Virus record (IMG/VR): IMGVR_UViG_3300002098_000157
Coordinates: 1-24,151 of that record
Length of the DNA stretch: 24,151 nucleotides
DNA from: a virus
Lineage: Duplodnaviria; Caudoviricetes
Direction: 5' to 3' (one strand)
Of the stretch, positions 7,663-16,538 are shown piece by piece. A program made the translations under genes and the position numbers. The notes under the pieces are model-generated. The model made no database searches. It was given only the letters and a program-made list of their open reading frames with translations, and was not told where the DNA came from. The first letter of the stretch is position 1; each line of letters starts with the position of its first letter.

Positions 7663-10139
7663 TGGACGAGCTAGACGAAAACATGCCAGACATTCAAGAG
7701 AACGACGACGGCAGCGCAGACGTGTTAATGCCTGAGATGAGTCTTGAGACCGAAGAACTGCCTGATGGCTCGGCCATTGTCCGCATCCCCGATGACGGCC
7801 CCGAGGTCAACCCTGACTTCTACGCCAACATGGCAGAAGACTTGGACGAGTTTGATCTGGGTGGTCTGGCATCACGCTACCTTGACCTGCTAGAGAACGA
7901 CAAGAACGCCCGCGAACTGCGCGACAAGCAGTACGAAGAGGGCATCCGTCGCACTGGCATGGGCAATGACGCACCCGGCGGCGCTACGTTCATGGGCGCA
8001 TCCAAAGTGGTTCACCCCGCCATGGCCGAGGGCTGTGTTGACTTCGCTGCCCGTGCCATCAAAGAGATGTTCCCGCCAGACGGCCCCGTCCGCACCAAGA
8101 TTCTGGGCAAGCAGGACGAGGACAAGCAAGAGCGTGCCGAGCGCAAGCGCGACTTCATGAACTGGCAGATCACTGAGCAGATCGAAGAGTTCCGCGACGA
8201 GCAAGAGCAACTGCTAACCCAATTGCCTCTGGGCGGCTCCCAATACTTCAAGCTCTGGTACGACGAGCAGAAGAAGCGCCCATGCGTGGAGTTCCTGCCA
8301 ATCGACCGGATGATCCTGCCCTTTGCGGCCTCCAACTTCTACACCGCCGAGCGTGCGGCAGAAATCCACGAGATCACCCACTGGGAGTTCAACCGCCGTA
8401 TCGCCTCGGGCATGTACATCGATGTGAACTTGCCCCGCTCCACGGTTGAGCCAGAGCAGACCCGTCCCGAGAAGGCCAACAACAAGATTGAAGGCCGCAA
8501 GTTTGAAGAGAACGAGGATGGCCTGCGCGAGGTCTACCACATCTACACCTACTTGGAACTGGACGACGACAGCTACTCCAAGGGCGAGATGGCCCCCTAC
8601 ATCCTGATGATCGACAAGATCAGCCAGAAGATCGTGGGCCTGTACCGCAACTGGGAAGAGCAAGACGAGACCATGACCAAGCTGGACTGGATCGTCGAGT
8701 TCAAATTCATCCCGTGGCGGGGTGCGTATGCCATCGGGCTACCTCACCTCATCGGAGGCCTCTCTGCTGCCCTGACGGGCGCTTTACGGGCCTTGCTGGA
8801 CACCGCGCACATCAACAACTCGGCCACCATGCTGAAATTGAAAGGCGCCAAGATCAGCGGCCAGTCTGCCCAGCCCGACGTGACGCAGGTAATCGAGATC
8901 GAGGGCGCCCCCGGCGTGCAGGACATTCGCCAGATCGCCATGCCCATGCCCTTCAATCCACCGTCAGAGGTGCTATTCCAGCTTCTGGGCTGGCTTGACA
9001 CCGCCGCCAAGGGAGTAGTGACCACCAGCGAGGAAAAGATCGCTGACGTGACCGCCCAAGCCCCTGTGGGCACCACGCAGGCACTGATCGAGCAGGGCGC
9101 CGCCGTGTTCTCGGCCATCCACGCCCGCCTCCATGAGTCGCAAGGCCGTGTCCTGAAGATTCTGGGACGCTTGAACCGCTGGCACTTTGACGAAATGCGC
9201 AAGGCCGACATCGTCACCGATCTGGAAATCCGACGCGAGGACTTTGCCAAGAACACGGACGTGATCCCCGTCAGTGACCCGCACATCTTCTCCGAGACCC
9301 AGCGGATGGCCCAGATGCAGGCAGTGCTGGCGCTGGCCGAGAAGCACCCTGACCAGTTCAACATCAATGCTGTGTTGGAGCGATCCCTCAAGCAAATGAA
9401 GATTCCCGACATCAACATCATCCTCAAGGACACGCCAGCCCCCGAGCAGCGCACCTCTGCGGACGAGAATGCGGCGATGCTCATGGGTCATGCTTCCTAC
9501 GCCTACATGACGCAGGATCACATCGCCCACATTCAGGATCACCTGCAATTTGCCATGAACCCATTCTTGGGCCAATCGCCGTTTGCCGACCCCAATTACC
9601 TGAACCAAACAATCGAGCACCTGAAACAGCACATGACCCTGTGGTACCTCAACCGCAGCAATGCCTATGTGGCCGAAAGCCGTGGTGGCAAACCTTTGGA
9701 CAACTACGATGATCCCAAACTCACGTCAAGCGTTGACAAACTATATGCGGTCGTTGGAGCGCATGTTCAGCAAGACACCAAGGAAGTCTTCGGCGCCTTT
9801 GCACCAGCCTTCCAGCAGCTTATTCAGATGGCCCAGCAGCGCCAGCAATCGCAGAAGCAGAACCTGCCACCTGACGCCCAAGTTGTTCACGATACCAGCA
9901 TGGCTGAGACCCAGCGCAAGACCCAGAAGGATCAAGCTGACGTTCAACTGGCCAAGGCCAAACTTGATGCGGAAATGCAGCAGCATGCTTCTGACAACCA
10001 AACCAAGATTGCGATTGAGAACGCCAAGCTGACTCACTCTACAATCCAACAGCAAAACGAATTGGCGGCAACGCCACAACCGGCAGCAATGCCACCGGCA
10101 GAAATGCCACAACCTCAAGGAGCGCCAAATGGCATCTGA
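7659..10139 (+). CDS. portal protein
   Basis: 826 aa with acidic N-terminus, SKVVHPAMAEGCVDF, FKFIPWRGAYAIGL.HLIG and PVGTTQALIEQG motifs, and a Gln-rich coiled-coil (barrel-like) C-terminus; positioned between terL and the head genes. Confidence 0.9.
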   Translation: MMDELDENMPDIQENDDGSADVLMPEMSLETEELPDGSAIVRIPDDGPEVNPDFYANMAEDLDEFDLGGLASRYLDLLENDKNARELRDKQYEEGIRRTGMGNDAPGGATFMGASKVVHPAMAEGCVDFAARAIKEMFPPDGPVRTKILGKQDEDKQERAERKRDFMNWQITEQIEEFRDEQEQLLTQLPLGGSQYFKLWYDEQKKRPCVEFLPIDRMILPFAASNFYTAERAAEIHEITHWEFNRRIASGMYIDVNLPRSTVEPEQTRPEKANNKIEGRKFEENEDGLREVYHIYTYLELDDDSYSKGEMAPYILMIDKISQKIVGLYRNWEEQDETMTKLDWIVEFKFIPWRGAYAIGLPHLIGGLSAALTGALRALLDTAHINNSATMLKLKGAKISGQSAQPDVTQVIEIEGAPGVQDIRQIAMPMPFNPPSEVLFQLLGWLDTAAKGVVTTSEEKIADVTAQAPVGTTQALIEQGAAVFSAIHARLHESQGRVLKILGRLNRWHFDEMRKADIVTDLEIRREDFAKNTDVIPVSDPHIFSETQRMAQMQAVLALAEKHPDQFNINAVLERSLKQMKIPDINIILKDTPAPEQRTSADENAAMLMGHASYAYMTQDHIAHIQDHLQFAMNPFLGQSPFADPNYLNQTIEHLKQHMTLWYLNRSNAYVAESRGGKPLDNYDDPKLTSSVDKLYAVVGAHVQQDTKEVFGAFAPAFQQLIQMAQQRQQSQKQNLPPDAQVVHDTSMAETQRKTQKDQADVQLAKAKLDAEMQQHASDNQTKIAIENAKLTHSTIQQQNELAATPQPAAMPPAEMPQPQGAPNGI

Positions 10140-10290
10140 TACCGAACAACGTAGCATCAATGTGCCCCAGCACAAACGCATGGCCCAAGGTGAAAAACTT
10201 GACGGCACCAGCCTCAAAGGCTCTGGCGGCAACGCACCCAAGAGCACAAGCTCTAAAGGTGGCCTGAGCGCCCTGACCAAGAAAAAATGA
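10129..10290 (+). CDS. small basic protein, 53 aa (not in the ORF track)
   Basis: AAGGAG RBS inside the portal 3' end; MASDTEQRSINVPQHKRMAQG...LTKKK; stop overlaps the next ATG. Confidence 0.75.
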   Translation: MASDTEQRSINVPQHKRMAQGEKLDGTSLKGSGGNAPKSTSSKGGLSALTKKK

Positions 10291-10466
10291 TTAACCCTCT
10301 GATCCATGTGATCAAACTACGACAAGCCGAAATTAGCCATTCCCTCGCCTCAGGAAATGCTACTAATTGGGAGTCGTACCAGCGGATGGTAGGTGAGCAC
10401 CAAGGGATGCAATACGTCCTTGATGCCATCGACCGGATGCTGGAAGAAGAAGAAGGTAGAGAATAG
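10287..10466 (+). CDS. small helical protein, 59 aa (not in the ORF track)
   Basis: ATGA coupling; MINPLIHVIKLRQAEI...NWESYQRMVGEHQGM...EEEEGRE; fills the gap before the groES-like gene. Confidence 0.8.
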   Translation: MINPLIHVIKLRQAEISHSLASGNATNWESYQRMVGEHQGMQYVLDAIDRMLEEEEGRE

Positions 10467-10467
10467 C

Positions 10468-10484
10468 CCGCGATTAAATCGCGG
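10468..10484. repeat. interrupted palindrome, copy 2 (CCGCGAT-TAA-ATCGCGG)
   Basis: Exact core 15-mer at 10469-10483, extended by one base pair; begins just after the TAG at 10464-10466. Confidence 0.9.
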
Positions 10485-10491
10485 CACAGTA

Positions 10492-10554
10492 AGTCCCCCT
10501 AAAGGACTGAGGCCGCTCTGATAAAGAGCTTAGATGACGCATCTGCAAAGATGT
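10492..10554 (+). promoter_or_regulatory. structured leader with three tandem hairpins upstream of the groES-like gene
   Basis: AGTCC/GGACT (10492-10508), GCTCT/AGAGC (10515-10529), GCATCT-GCAA-AGATGT (10539-10554). Confidence 0.45.
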
Positions 10555-10569
10555 ATTTTAGGAGTTAGT

Positions 10570-11025
10570 ATGAGTGAGAAAGAGAAAATCCCTACCATTG
10601 AGGGAGTTGCGGGAGTGCCTGATCCCGCAGAGTTAGCATGGGCGTTCCCGGATACCAATCCCGGCCAAGCCCCGTTGGGAGGTCGCGTGATTGTGCAACT
10701 GCGCCGCATTAAAAAGCGAGCAGGCCGCATCATCATCGTTGACGAGACCAAAGAAAACGAGAAGTGGAACAACATGATCGGCAAGGTCGTGGCAATTGGC
10801 CCTCTCGCATACCGCAATCGCGAAACCATGGAAACTTGGCCAGAGGGAACTTGGGCCGAAGTGGGTGATTTCGTGCGCGTCCCACGTTGGGGCGGTGATC
10901 GTTGGGAACGTCATGTGCCCGGCGAAGAAGATCAGGAAGACCCAGTCCTGTTCATGACCATCAACGACCACGAAGTGATCGCAAAAATCACGGACGACCC
11001 CCTGTCGTTCAAAACCTACGTCTAA
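10570..11025 (+). CDS. groES: GroES/Cpn10-like co-chaperonin
   Basis: PLGGRVIV, GKVVAIGP, VGDFV and INDHEVIA match the Cpn10 fold motifs; AGGAG RBS precedes ATG 10570. Confidence 0.88.
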   Translation: MSEKEKIPTIEGVAGVPDPAELAWAFPDTNPGQAPLGGRVIVQLRRIKKRAGRIIIVDETKENEKWNNMIGKVVAIGPLAYRNRETMETWPEGTWAEVGDFVRVPRWGGDRWERHVPGEEDQEDPVLFMTINDHEVIAKITDDPLSFKTYV

Positions 11026-11034
11026 GGAGACACC

Positions 11035-12018
11035 ATGGCTACCGACAAAGACAAAATGCAACTGGATGTTCAGGAAGACGCCGACGGTTCTGCCGTTGTT
11101 GATCTACCGGATAACTTCGCGGTCGAGGATGACCACGAACCAAAGGAAAAAGCCGAGGGCGGCGAGGTTCAGGACGACGAACCAGACCTTCCCAACGACT
11201 CTGAAGCCGTTTTAGCGGCCAAACGTGCCCGTCGCAAGGCCAAACGTGACCTCGCCAAGCGGTCGCGTGAGGAAAAAGACGTGCAATTGAACGCCCTGAA
11301 GCGCCAAAACGACGAAATGGCTCGCCAATTGGCCCAAGCCGACGCCCGTTTGCAGCGCGTGGAGCGTGAAAGCCACAACAGCTTCGTTTCCCGCATGGAT
11401 AAAGCCATCCAAGACCAACAAGTTCGGGTGGAATACGCCAAAATGAAGCTGGCCGAGGCCGCAAACTCCAACGACGGCTCCGCAATGGTGCAGGCCCAAG
11501 AGCTAATGTACGAAGCCCGCAAGGATTTGGAGCAATTAGAGGGCCAGAAGCGTCAAATTGAGCGCCAACCAGCCCCAGAAGCGCCTGTAAACGCCCCTGA
11601 CCCCCGTGTGCAGCGTAATGCGGCCCAGTGGCTGGAGCGGAACAACTGGTACAAGGTGGACGGCTCGGACACAGACAGCCGAATTGCCAAGGAAATCGAC
11701 GTAGAACTGTCCAAAGAGGGCTGGGCGCCCACCGATCCCGACTATTGGGACGAATTGGACAACCGCTTGCAAAAATACCTACCACATCGCTATAATGGCG
11801 CATCTGACGGTAATTCCACTGTTAGAAAACCTAGGAATGTTGTGGGAAGTTCTGGCCGCGAGTCTTCTGCCTCTTATGGTGGTTCCAACCGCCAGTTCAC
11901 GCTTTCGCCCGAACGGGTTAAGGCGATGAAGGAAGTTGGCGCTTGGGATAACCCCGAGCGTAAGAAGCGCATGATCGAGAACTTTATTGCCTTTGACCGC
12001 AACAATCGTAGGAGCTAA
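11035..12018 (+). CDS. putative capsid scaffolding protein
   Basis: Acidic N-terminus, long charged coiled coil, WLERNNWY segment and C-terminal LSPERVKAMKEVG helix; lies upstream of the capsid genes. Confidence 0.75.
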   Translation: MATDKDKMQLDVQEDADGSAVVDLPDNFAVEDDHEPKEKAEGGEVQDDEPDLPNDSEAVLAAKRARRKAKRDLAKRSREEKDVQLNALKRQNDEMARQLAQADARLQRVERESHNSFVSRMDKAIQDQQVRVEYAKMKLAEAANSNDGSAMVQAQELMYEARKDLEQLEGQKRQIERQPAPEAPVNAPDPRVQRNAAQWLERNNWYKVDGSDTDSRIAKEIDVELSKEGWAPTDPDYWDELDNRLQKYLPHRYNGASDGNSTVRKPRNVVGSSGRESSASYGGSNRQFTLSPERVKAMKEVGAWDNPERKKRMIENFIAFDRNNRRS

Positions 12019-12020
12019 AA

Positions 12021-12566
12021 ATGGAATCACGTTACAAAAAATCTCTCAATGCTGGTGGCCGCAATGATCGCGCAAGCGAGGACGCTGGACGCGCCGCACC
12101 TGAGAAAAAGTTCGCTTCAACACAGGAACATCGCAAGATGTGGAGTGAGGAGTGGACGCAATCAGCCTTGCCAAAACTGCCCGAAATTGACGGGTGGCAC
12201 CTTTGCTGGCTTTCAACAACCAATAGCTACGACTCCATAGATAAGAAGATTCGCCAAGGCTACGTTCCCGTTAAGTCGGAAGAGTTGCCCGGTTATGACA
12301 ATTATCGAGTGAAGGCCGGTGAGCATGTTGGGTATATTTCCTGCAACGAGATGTTGCTGTTCAAACTCCCCATGGATATCTTCCAAGACATCATGCTTTA
12401 CCAACACCACGAGAAGCCTCGTGAGGAAGCGGAAAAAATCCGTGTCCAGTTGGAATCGCTACAGGGACAGCGTGACAGCAGCGGCAAGTCGCTTGTAAAT
12501 GTTGAGGGCGAAGGTCTTGGTAATTTTGATCAGCAACCAAGCAAACTTCCCGTATTTTCGGGATAA
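12021..12566 (+). CDS. head-module hypothetical protein, 181 aa
   Basis: AGGAG RBS; LPEIDGWHLCWLST...QGYVPVK pattern; lies between scaffold and capsid genes. Confidence 0.85.
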   Translation: MESRYKKSLNAGGRNDRASEDAGRAAPEKKFASTQEHRKMWSEEWTQSALPKLPEIDGWHLCWLSTTNSYDSIDKKIRQGYVPVKSEELPGYDNYRVKAGEHVGYISCNEMLLFKLPMDIFQDIMLYQHHEKPREEAEKIRVQLESLQGQRDSSGKSLVNVEGEGLGNFDQQPSKLPVFSG

Positions 12567-12582
12567 CCCCTAAGGAGTCTTT

Positions 12583-13182
12583 ATGAGTGCTACCTCTGCT
12601 CCGTTTGGCTTGCGTCCTGCGTTCCACCCTTCCGGTCTGGATCGCGCACAGGCGCTTGCTGGCGGCATTACATCTGGATATTCGACCCAGATTCTGAAAG
12701 GTCAACCTGTTGCATACAGCGCAGGCGCTGGCGTCATCATCCCATTGACAACTAACCCCGCTGCGGGTTCGGCTGTTGCATGGTCTGGTGCATTCGCTGG
12801 TGTCGAGTGGACTGATACAACTGGTCGCCGTCGTGTGTCGAACTACTGGCCTGCAAGCACTGCTTACATCGCCGGTTCGTGCGTTGCTTACTTCTACAAC
12901 GATCAAAACATCGTTTATGAAATCCAAGCTGACGGTTCTATGGCGCAAACCACCATTGGTTACGAGTACAACTTCACTAACGTGACGTCGGGCTCTTCTA
13001 CCACTGGCTTGTCGCAAGCTACCTTGGGTTCTGCAACTCAAGCAACCGCATCTTCTGGCCAAGGCCAAATGCGCGTTGTTGACATTGCTCCTTATGTAGA
13101 TAACGCCTTCGGGGACGCCTACACTATTGTTCGAGTTGTGAACGCACAGTCGCAATTCTTCGGTAGCGTCGTTTCTATCTAA
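12583..13182 (+). CDS. putative capsid decoration/cement protein, 199 aa
   Basis: Strong RBS, highly expressed codon style, beta-rich Ala/Gly/Thr/Ser composition, APFGLRP N-terminus; directly before the MCP gene. Confidence 0.7.
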   Translation: MSATSAPFGLRPAFHPSGLDRAQALAGGITSGYSTQILKGQPVAYSAGAGVIIPLTTNPAAGSAVAWSGAFAGVEWTDTTGRRRVSNYWPASTAYIAGSCVAYFYNDQNIVYEIQADGSMAQTTIGYEYNFTNVTSGSSTTGLSQATLGSATQATASSGQGQMRVVDIAPYVDNAFGDAYTIVRVVNAQSQFFGSVVSI

Positions 13183-13199
13183 TCAAGGAGTAACTGAAA

Positions 13200-14114
13200 A
13201 TGGCAGCACCAATGCGCAGTACGGACTTCCGTAGTATCGTTGAGCCTATCCTCAACGAGTGCTTCGATGGAGTCTATGACCAACGTGCCGATGAATGGAG
13301 CCGTGTGTTCCGTGAAGAAGACGGCATTCCCCGTAACTACCACGAAGAGCCCGTCCTGTACGGTTTCGGCGCGGCACCTCAGTTGCCTGACGGCACCCCG
13401 GTGACGTACCAACAAGGTGGTGTTCTGTTCCTGCAACGCTATGTGTACAAGGTATATGGCCTCGCCTTTGCCCTGACCAAAGTGTTGGTAGAGGACGGTG
13501 ACCACATCCGTATCGGCCAAGTGTATGCAAAGCATCTGGCACAGTCCTTGGTGGAAACCAAAGAACTGTTGTCGGCTAACGTGCTGAACACTGCTTTCAA
13601 CTCTTCGTATGTTGGCGGCGACGGCGTTTCCTTGATCAACACCGCTCACCCGATTGTGAACGGCACTTTCAGCAACCAGTTGTCTACTGCTGCTGTTCTG
13701 TCGCAAACATCGCTTGAGCAGATGCTGATCCAGATTCGCCAAGCTGTTGACAACAACGGCAAGAAGATTCGTTTGGTGCCACGCCAATTGGTGGTGGCTC
13801 CGGGCAACATCTTCCAAGCCGAAGTGTTGTTGAAATCGGTTTTGCGTACCGGCTCGGCAAACAACGACATCAACCCCGTCAAGTCTATCGGCTTGCTGGA
13901 CGAAGGTGCCGCTGTTCTGTCCCGTCTGACTTCGTCTACCGCATGGTGGGTTCAGACCGACGCTCCCGAGGGCATGAAGCTCTTGATGCGCCGTCGTCTG
14001 GAGAAGACCATGGAAGGCGATTTTGAGACCGACTCGATGCGCTACAAAGCAACTGAGCGTTACACAGTGGGTTGGACTGACCCCCGTGCAATGTACGGTA
14101 CAGCAGGTATTTAA
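13200..14114 (+). CDS. major capsid protein (Mu gpT-like, HK97 fold)
   Basis: 304 aa; GGDGVSL...AHP, PRQLVVAP and EGDFETDSMRYKATERY.VGWTDPR motifs; strong RBS; followed by a terminator-like hairpin. Confidence 0.92.
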   Translation: MAAPMRSTDFRSIVEPILNECFDGVYDQRADEWSRVFREEDGIPRNYHEEPVLYGFGAAPQLPDGTPVTYQQGGVLFLQRYVYKVYGLAFALTKVLVEDGDHIRIGQVYAKHLAQSLVETKELLSANVLNTAFNSSYVGGDGVSLINTAHPIVNGTFSNQLSTAAVLSQTSLEQMLIQIRQAVDNNGKKIRLVPRQLVVAPGNIFQAEVLLKSVLRTGSANNDINPVKSIGLLDEGAAVLSRLTSSTAWWVQTDAPEGMKLLMRRRLEKTMEGDFETDSMRYKATERYTVGWTDPRAMYGTAGI

Positions 14115-14129
14115 TACCTGACGGCCTTG

Positions 14130-14162
14130 GAAGGGGAGCCGCAATCCCCTTCTATCATTTTT
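14130..14162 (+). terminator. probable intrinsic terminator (may be leaky)
   Basis: GAAGGGGA-gccgcaa-TCCCCTTC stem followed by the interrupted U-tract TATCATTTTT. Confidence 0.65.
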
Positions 14163-14193
14163 AACATCGGTCAAACTTTTCAAGGAGCAGACC

Positions 14194-15183
14194 ATGCCTC
14201 AATTTTCAGACGATCTATTTCTAGGCCCAGTACCGGGCTACCAAGGCACAGGTATTTACCCGTCCTCGACTACTTTTACTGGTTCTATCGCAACCACCAC
14301 GCTGACCGTTACAGCCATGCTGTCAGGCGACCCCATTGTTTTGGGCATGTATGTGTCTGGCGCAAACGTGGCTACCGCAAACACCTATATCACGGCCTTT
14401 GGCACTGGTACAGGCGGAACTGGTACCTACACCGTCAGCACCTCGCAAACGGCTGCTAGCGCCACGATTGTGGGCTCTGGCAACGCCTTTGCTGGTGATC
14501 CGTCGCCCATGTCTTTGGGTATTGGCCCATTGGGTCGTATCTACGTTTGGGACGTTGTGCCTTTGGCCGCTGTCACCAATAACCTAGCAGCCTCGCAAAC
14601 GCCTACTGGCGCTGGCAGTTTGACCCTGACTGCTGGTACCGGCGTCAAGTCGATTGTTCGTGCTGACGGTACTACTGTTTTGCAACTGGACTGCCCTCGT
14701 GCTCTGAGCGTGACTACGGGTTCTGGTACTACTACCAGTTCCAACATCGTCATCACTGGCTATGACTATTATGGTCAGCCCATGAGTGAGCAGATTGCCT
14801 CTGGTACTGTGGCCTCCACCACGACCCCCGGCAAGAAGGCTTTTTACCAGATCAGCGGCATTACCGGCTCGGCTGCTACTACTTCCACCATCGTGGTTGG
14901 TACGACCCAGTTGCTTGGCTTGCCAGTGCGCGTGACTGATGGCGGTTATATCTGCCATGTAGGCTGGAATAACAGCTTTGCAATTGACGGCGGCACTTTT
15001 GCTGCTGCTGTTCAGACCACGCCATCGACCATCACTGGTGACGTTCGCGGTACATTCAGCCCATCTAGCGCACCTGATGGCGTCAAACGCCTGATCGTCG
15101 GTTTGATGTTGCCCGGTATCGCTGTTGGCCCCAATGCAACCCGTGTGGGTGCTTTTGGTCTCAATCAAAACCTTGTTTCCTAA
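14194..15183 (+). CDS. virion structural protein, Thr/Gly-rich, 329 aa
   Basis: AAGGAG RBS; beta-strand-rich; contains an [14 protein letters not shown]...[11 protein letters not shown] module; follows the MCP gene. Confidence 0.8.
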   Translation: MPQFSDDLFLGPVPGYQGTGIYPSSTTFTGSIATTTLTVTAMLSGDPIVLGMYVSGANVATANTYITAFGTGTGGTGTYTVSTSQTAASATIVGSGNAFAGDPSPMSLGIGPLGRIYVWDVVPLAAVTNNLAASQTPTGAGSLTLTAGTGVKSIVRADGTTVLQLDCPRALSVTTGSGTTTSSNIVITGYDYYGQPMSEQIASGTVASTTTPGKKAFYQISGITGSAATTSTIVVGTTQLLGLPVRVTDGGYICHVGWNNSFAIDGGTFAAAVQTTPSTITGDVRGTFSPSSAPDGVKRLIVGLMLPGIAVGPNATRVGAFGLNQNLVS

Positions 15184-15195
15184 TAGGAGGACATC

Positions 15196-16497
15196 ATGGG
15201 TCAATTCAAACCAATGGTTAAGATGGAGACCACTGAGCCTTCAGTTATTCTGAAGCTCAAAAAAGGTGGTCATGTGGCCATGAACAGCAAAAGTGAAAAC
15301 GGGCATACCAATATGCGCGAACACTGCGCTGACGATGAGGCTGCTGAGTCTGGAAGCGCTCCTAAAAAGCCTTCCATGGCCGACCGCCGCAAGGCAATGA
15401 ACCCCAACTTCATGAAGAAGGGTGGCATGGCCAAGCACGATGACGCTGCTCAAGACCGCGCCATGATCAAGAAGGCGCTGGCTGGCAAGAAGTTCGCTTC
15501 TGGCGGCACCATTCAAGGTAATGCAGGCAAGTTCCTGAATACCAAGGTAATGGACGGCGACAAGACAGACAGCGCCAAAGGCACCGGCAAAGTCAAAAAT
15601 GGTAATGGCGGTGGCTATGCTGCTGGCGGCACCATTGAAGGCAACGCTGGCAAGTTCTTGAACACCAAAGTTGTCGATGGCGACAAGAACGATGGTGCCA
15701 AGGGCACTGGCGGCGTCAAGATGGGCAATGGCGGCGGCTACAAGCGTGGTGGCAAGGCCATGATGCACAAAGCCACTGGCGGTGCTATTGAGGGCAACGA
15801 AATGAAGTTTGCCGTCAACAATGTGGACACCACACCTCCGGGCAAGAGCAACACCAAAACTGGTGATGTGAAGAACGGCAACGGTGGCGGCTACAAAAAA
15901 GGCGGTGCTGCAAAAAAGCACTATGCTACGGGGGGCGCAGTTGACACTGGCCGTGCCGTAGCAATGCCACAACGACCTGTTTCGCAACCGATCCGCAACA
16001 CCATGCAATCTGGCACCTTTGCCAAGGGCGGTGCAGTTGGAAAAGAGGAGAAGCCAAACCTTCGCCTCTTGAAGACTCATGCTGGCCCCAAAGGTCACAC
16101 AGCCAAAGTCTACAAAGACAAGGACTGGGGTGAGCATCGCGTGAAATTTTTCAGCCCAGAAGGCAAGCACATGTCTGATTCGGATTACCATACCGATGAT
16201 ATGGCAGATGCTAATGACACCGCAAAAGGCCAACTTGGACGCTTCAAAAAAGGTGGCAAGGTCGCCCACAAAGCCGATGGCGGCAAGATGGAAGACTTGA
16301 GTCGTGGTGCCTATGATCGGTCAATTGGCCCAGATGAAGACGACATGGATATGGCTCGTGCCATTCGCAGCGTTCCTTCCAAAATCGTCAACGCTGCAAA
16401 GCGTATGATGGGCAAATTGCCAGACACAGGTGCTGAAGCAGGACGAGGGTTCACAAATCCTCTAATGACCCGCAAAAACGGCGGTCGCGCAAAGTAA
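15196..16497 (+). CDS. Lys/Gly-rich repeat protein with 12 [AK]xGG motifs (candidate internal polyprotein)
   Basis: AGGAGG RBS; 433 aa, basic and low in complexity; three 41-aa repeats; followed by a terminator. Confidence 0.88.
   Translation: MGQFKPMVKMETTEPSVILKLKKGGHVAMNSKSENGHTNMREHCADDEAAESGSAPKKPSMADRRKAMNPNFMKKGGMAKHDDAAQDRAMIKKALAGKKFASGGTIQGNAGKFLNTKVMDGDKTDSAKGTGKVKNGNGGGYAAGGTIEGNAGKFLNTKVVDGDKNDGAKGTGGVKMGNGGGYKRGGKAMMHKATGGAIEGNEMKFAVNNVDTTPPGKSNTKTGDVKNGNGGGYKKGGAAKKHYATGGAVDTGRAVAMPQRPVSQPIRNTMQSGTFAKGGAVGKEEKPNLRLLKTHAGPKGHTAKVYKDKDWGEHRVKFFSPEGKHMSDSDYHTDDMADANDTAKGQLGRFKKGGKVAHKADGGKMEDLSRGAYDRSIGPDEDDMDMARAIRSVPSKIVNAAKRMMGKLPDTGAEAGRGFTNPLMTRKNGGRAK
15502..15900 (+). repeat. 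three 123-bp (41-aa) intragenic repeats
   Basis: Units 15502-15624, 15625-15747 and 15778-15900, each GG[TA]I[QE]GN...K.GNGGGYxx. Confidence 0.9.
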
Positions 16498-16501
16498 AAT
16501 A

Positions 16502-16526
16502 GTGGGGGCTTCGGCCCCCGCTTTTT
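16502..16526 (+). terminator. intrinsic terminator
   Basis: GTGGGGGC-TTCG-GCCCCCGC stem with a C(UUCG)G tetraloop, followed by TTTTT. Confidence 0.92.
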
Positions 16527-16538
16527 AAGGAAAAAATC

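Noticed and set aside
1708-14120. Dyads with 3-nt loops as N4-type hairpin promoters
   Set aside because: The loops (TAG, TAA, TTA) do not match the purine-rich N4 hairpin loops, and no virion RNA polymerase gene is visible in the window.
14100-14459. Possible capsid extension by readthrough or frameshift (ORF 14127..14459 is in frame with MCP)
   Set aside because: The stop is TAA. The +1 frame leading to the next gene is closed by TGA at 14119-14121, the -1 frame stops at 14162, and a terminator-like hairpin intervenes.
15502-15900. Repeats as a CRISPR array or DGR template/variable pair
   Set aside because: The repeats are in-frame, degenerate at synonymous sites, lack a repeat-spacer structure and show no adenine-specific pattern. 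No cas or reverse transcriptase gene is present.
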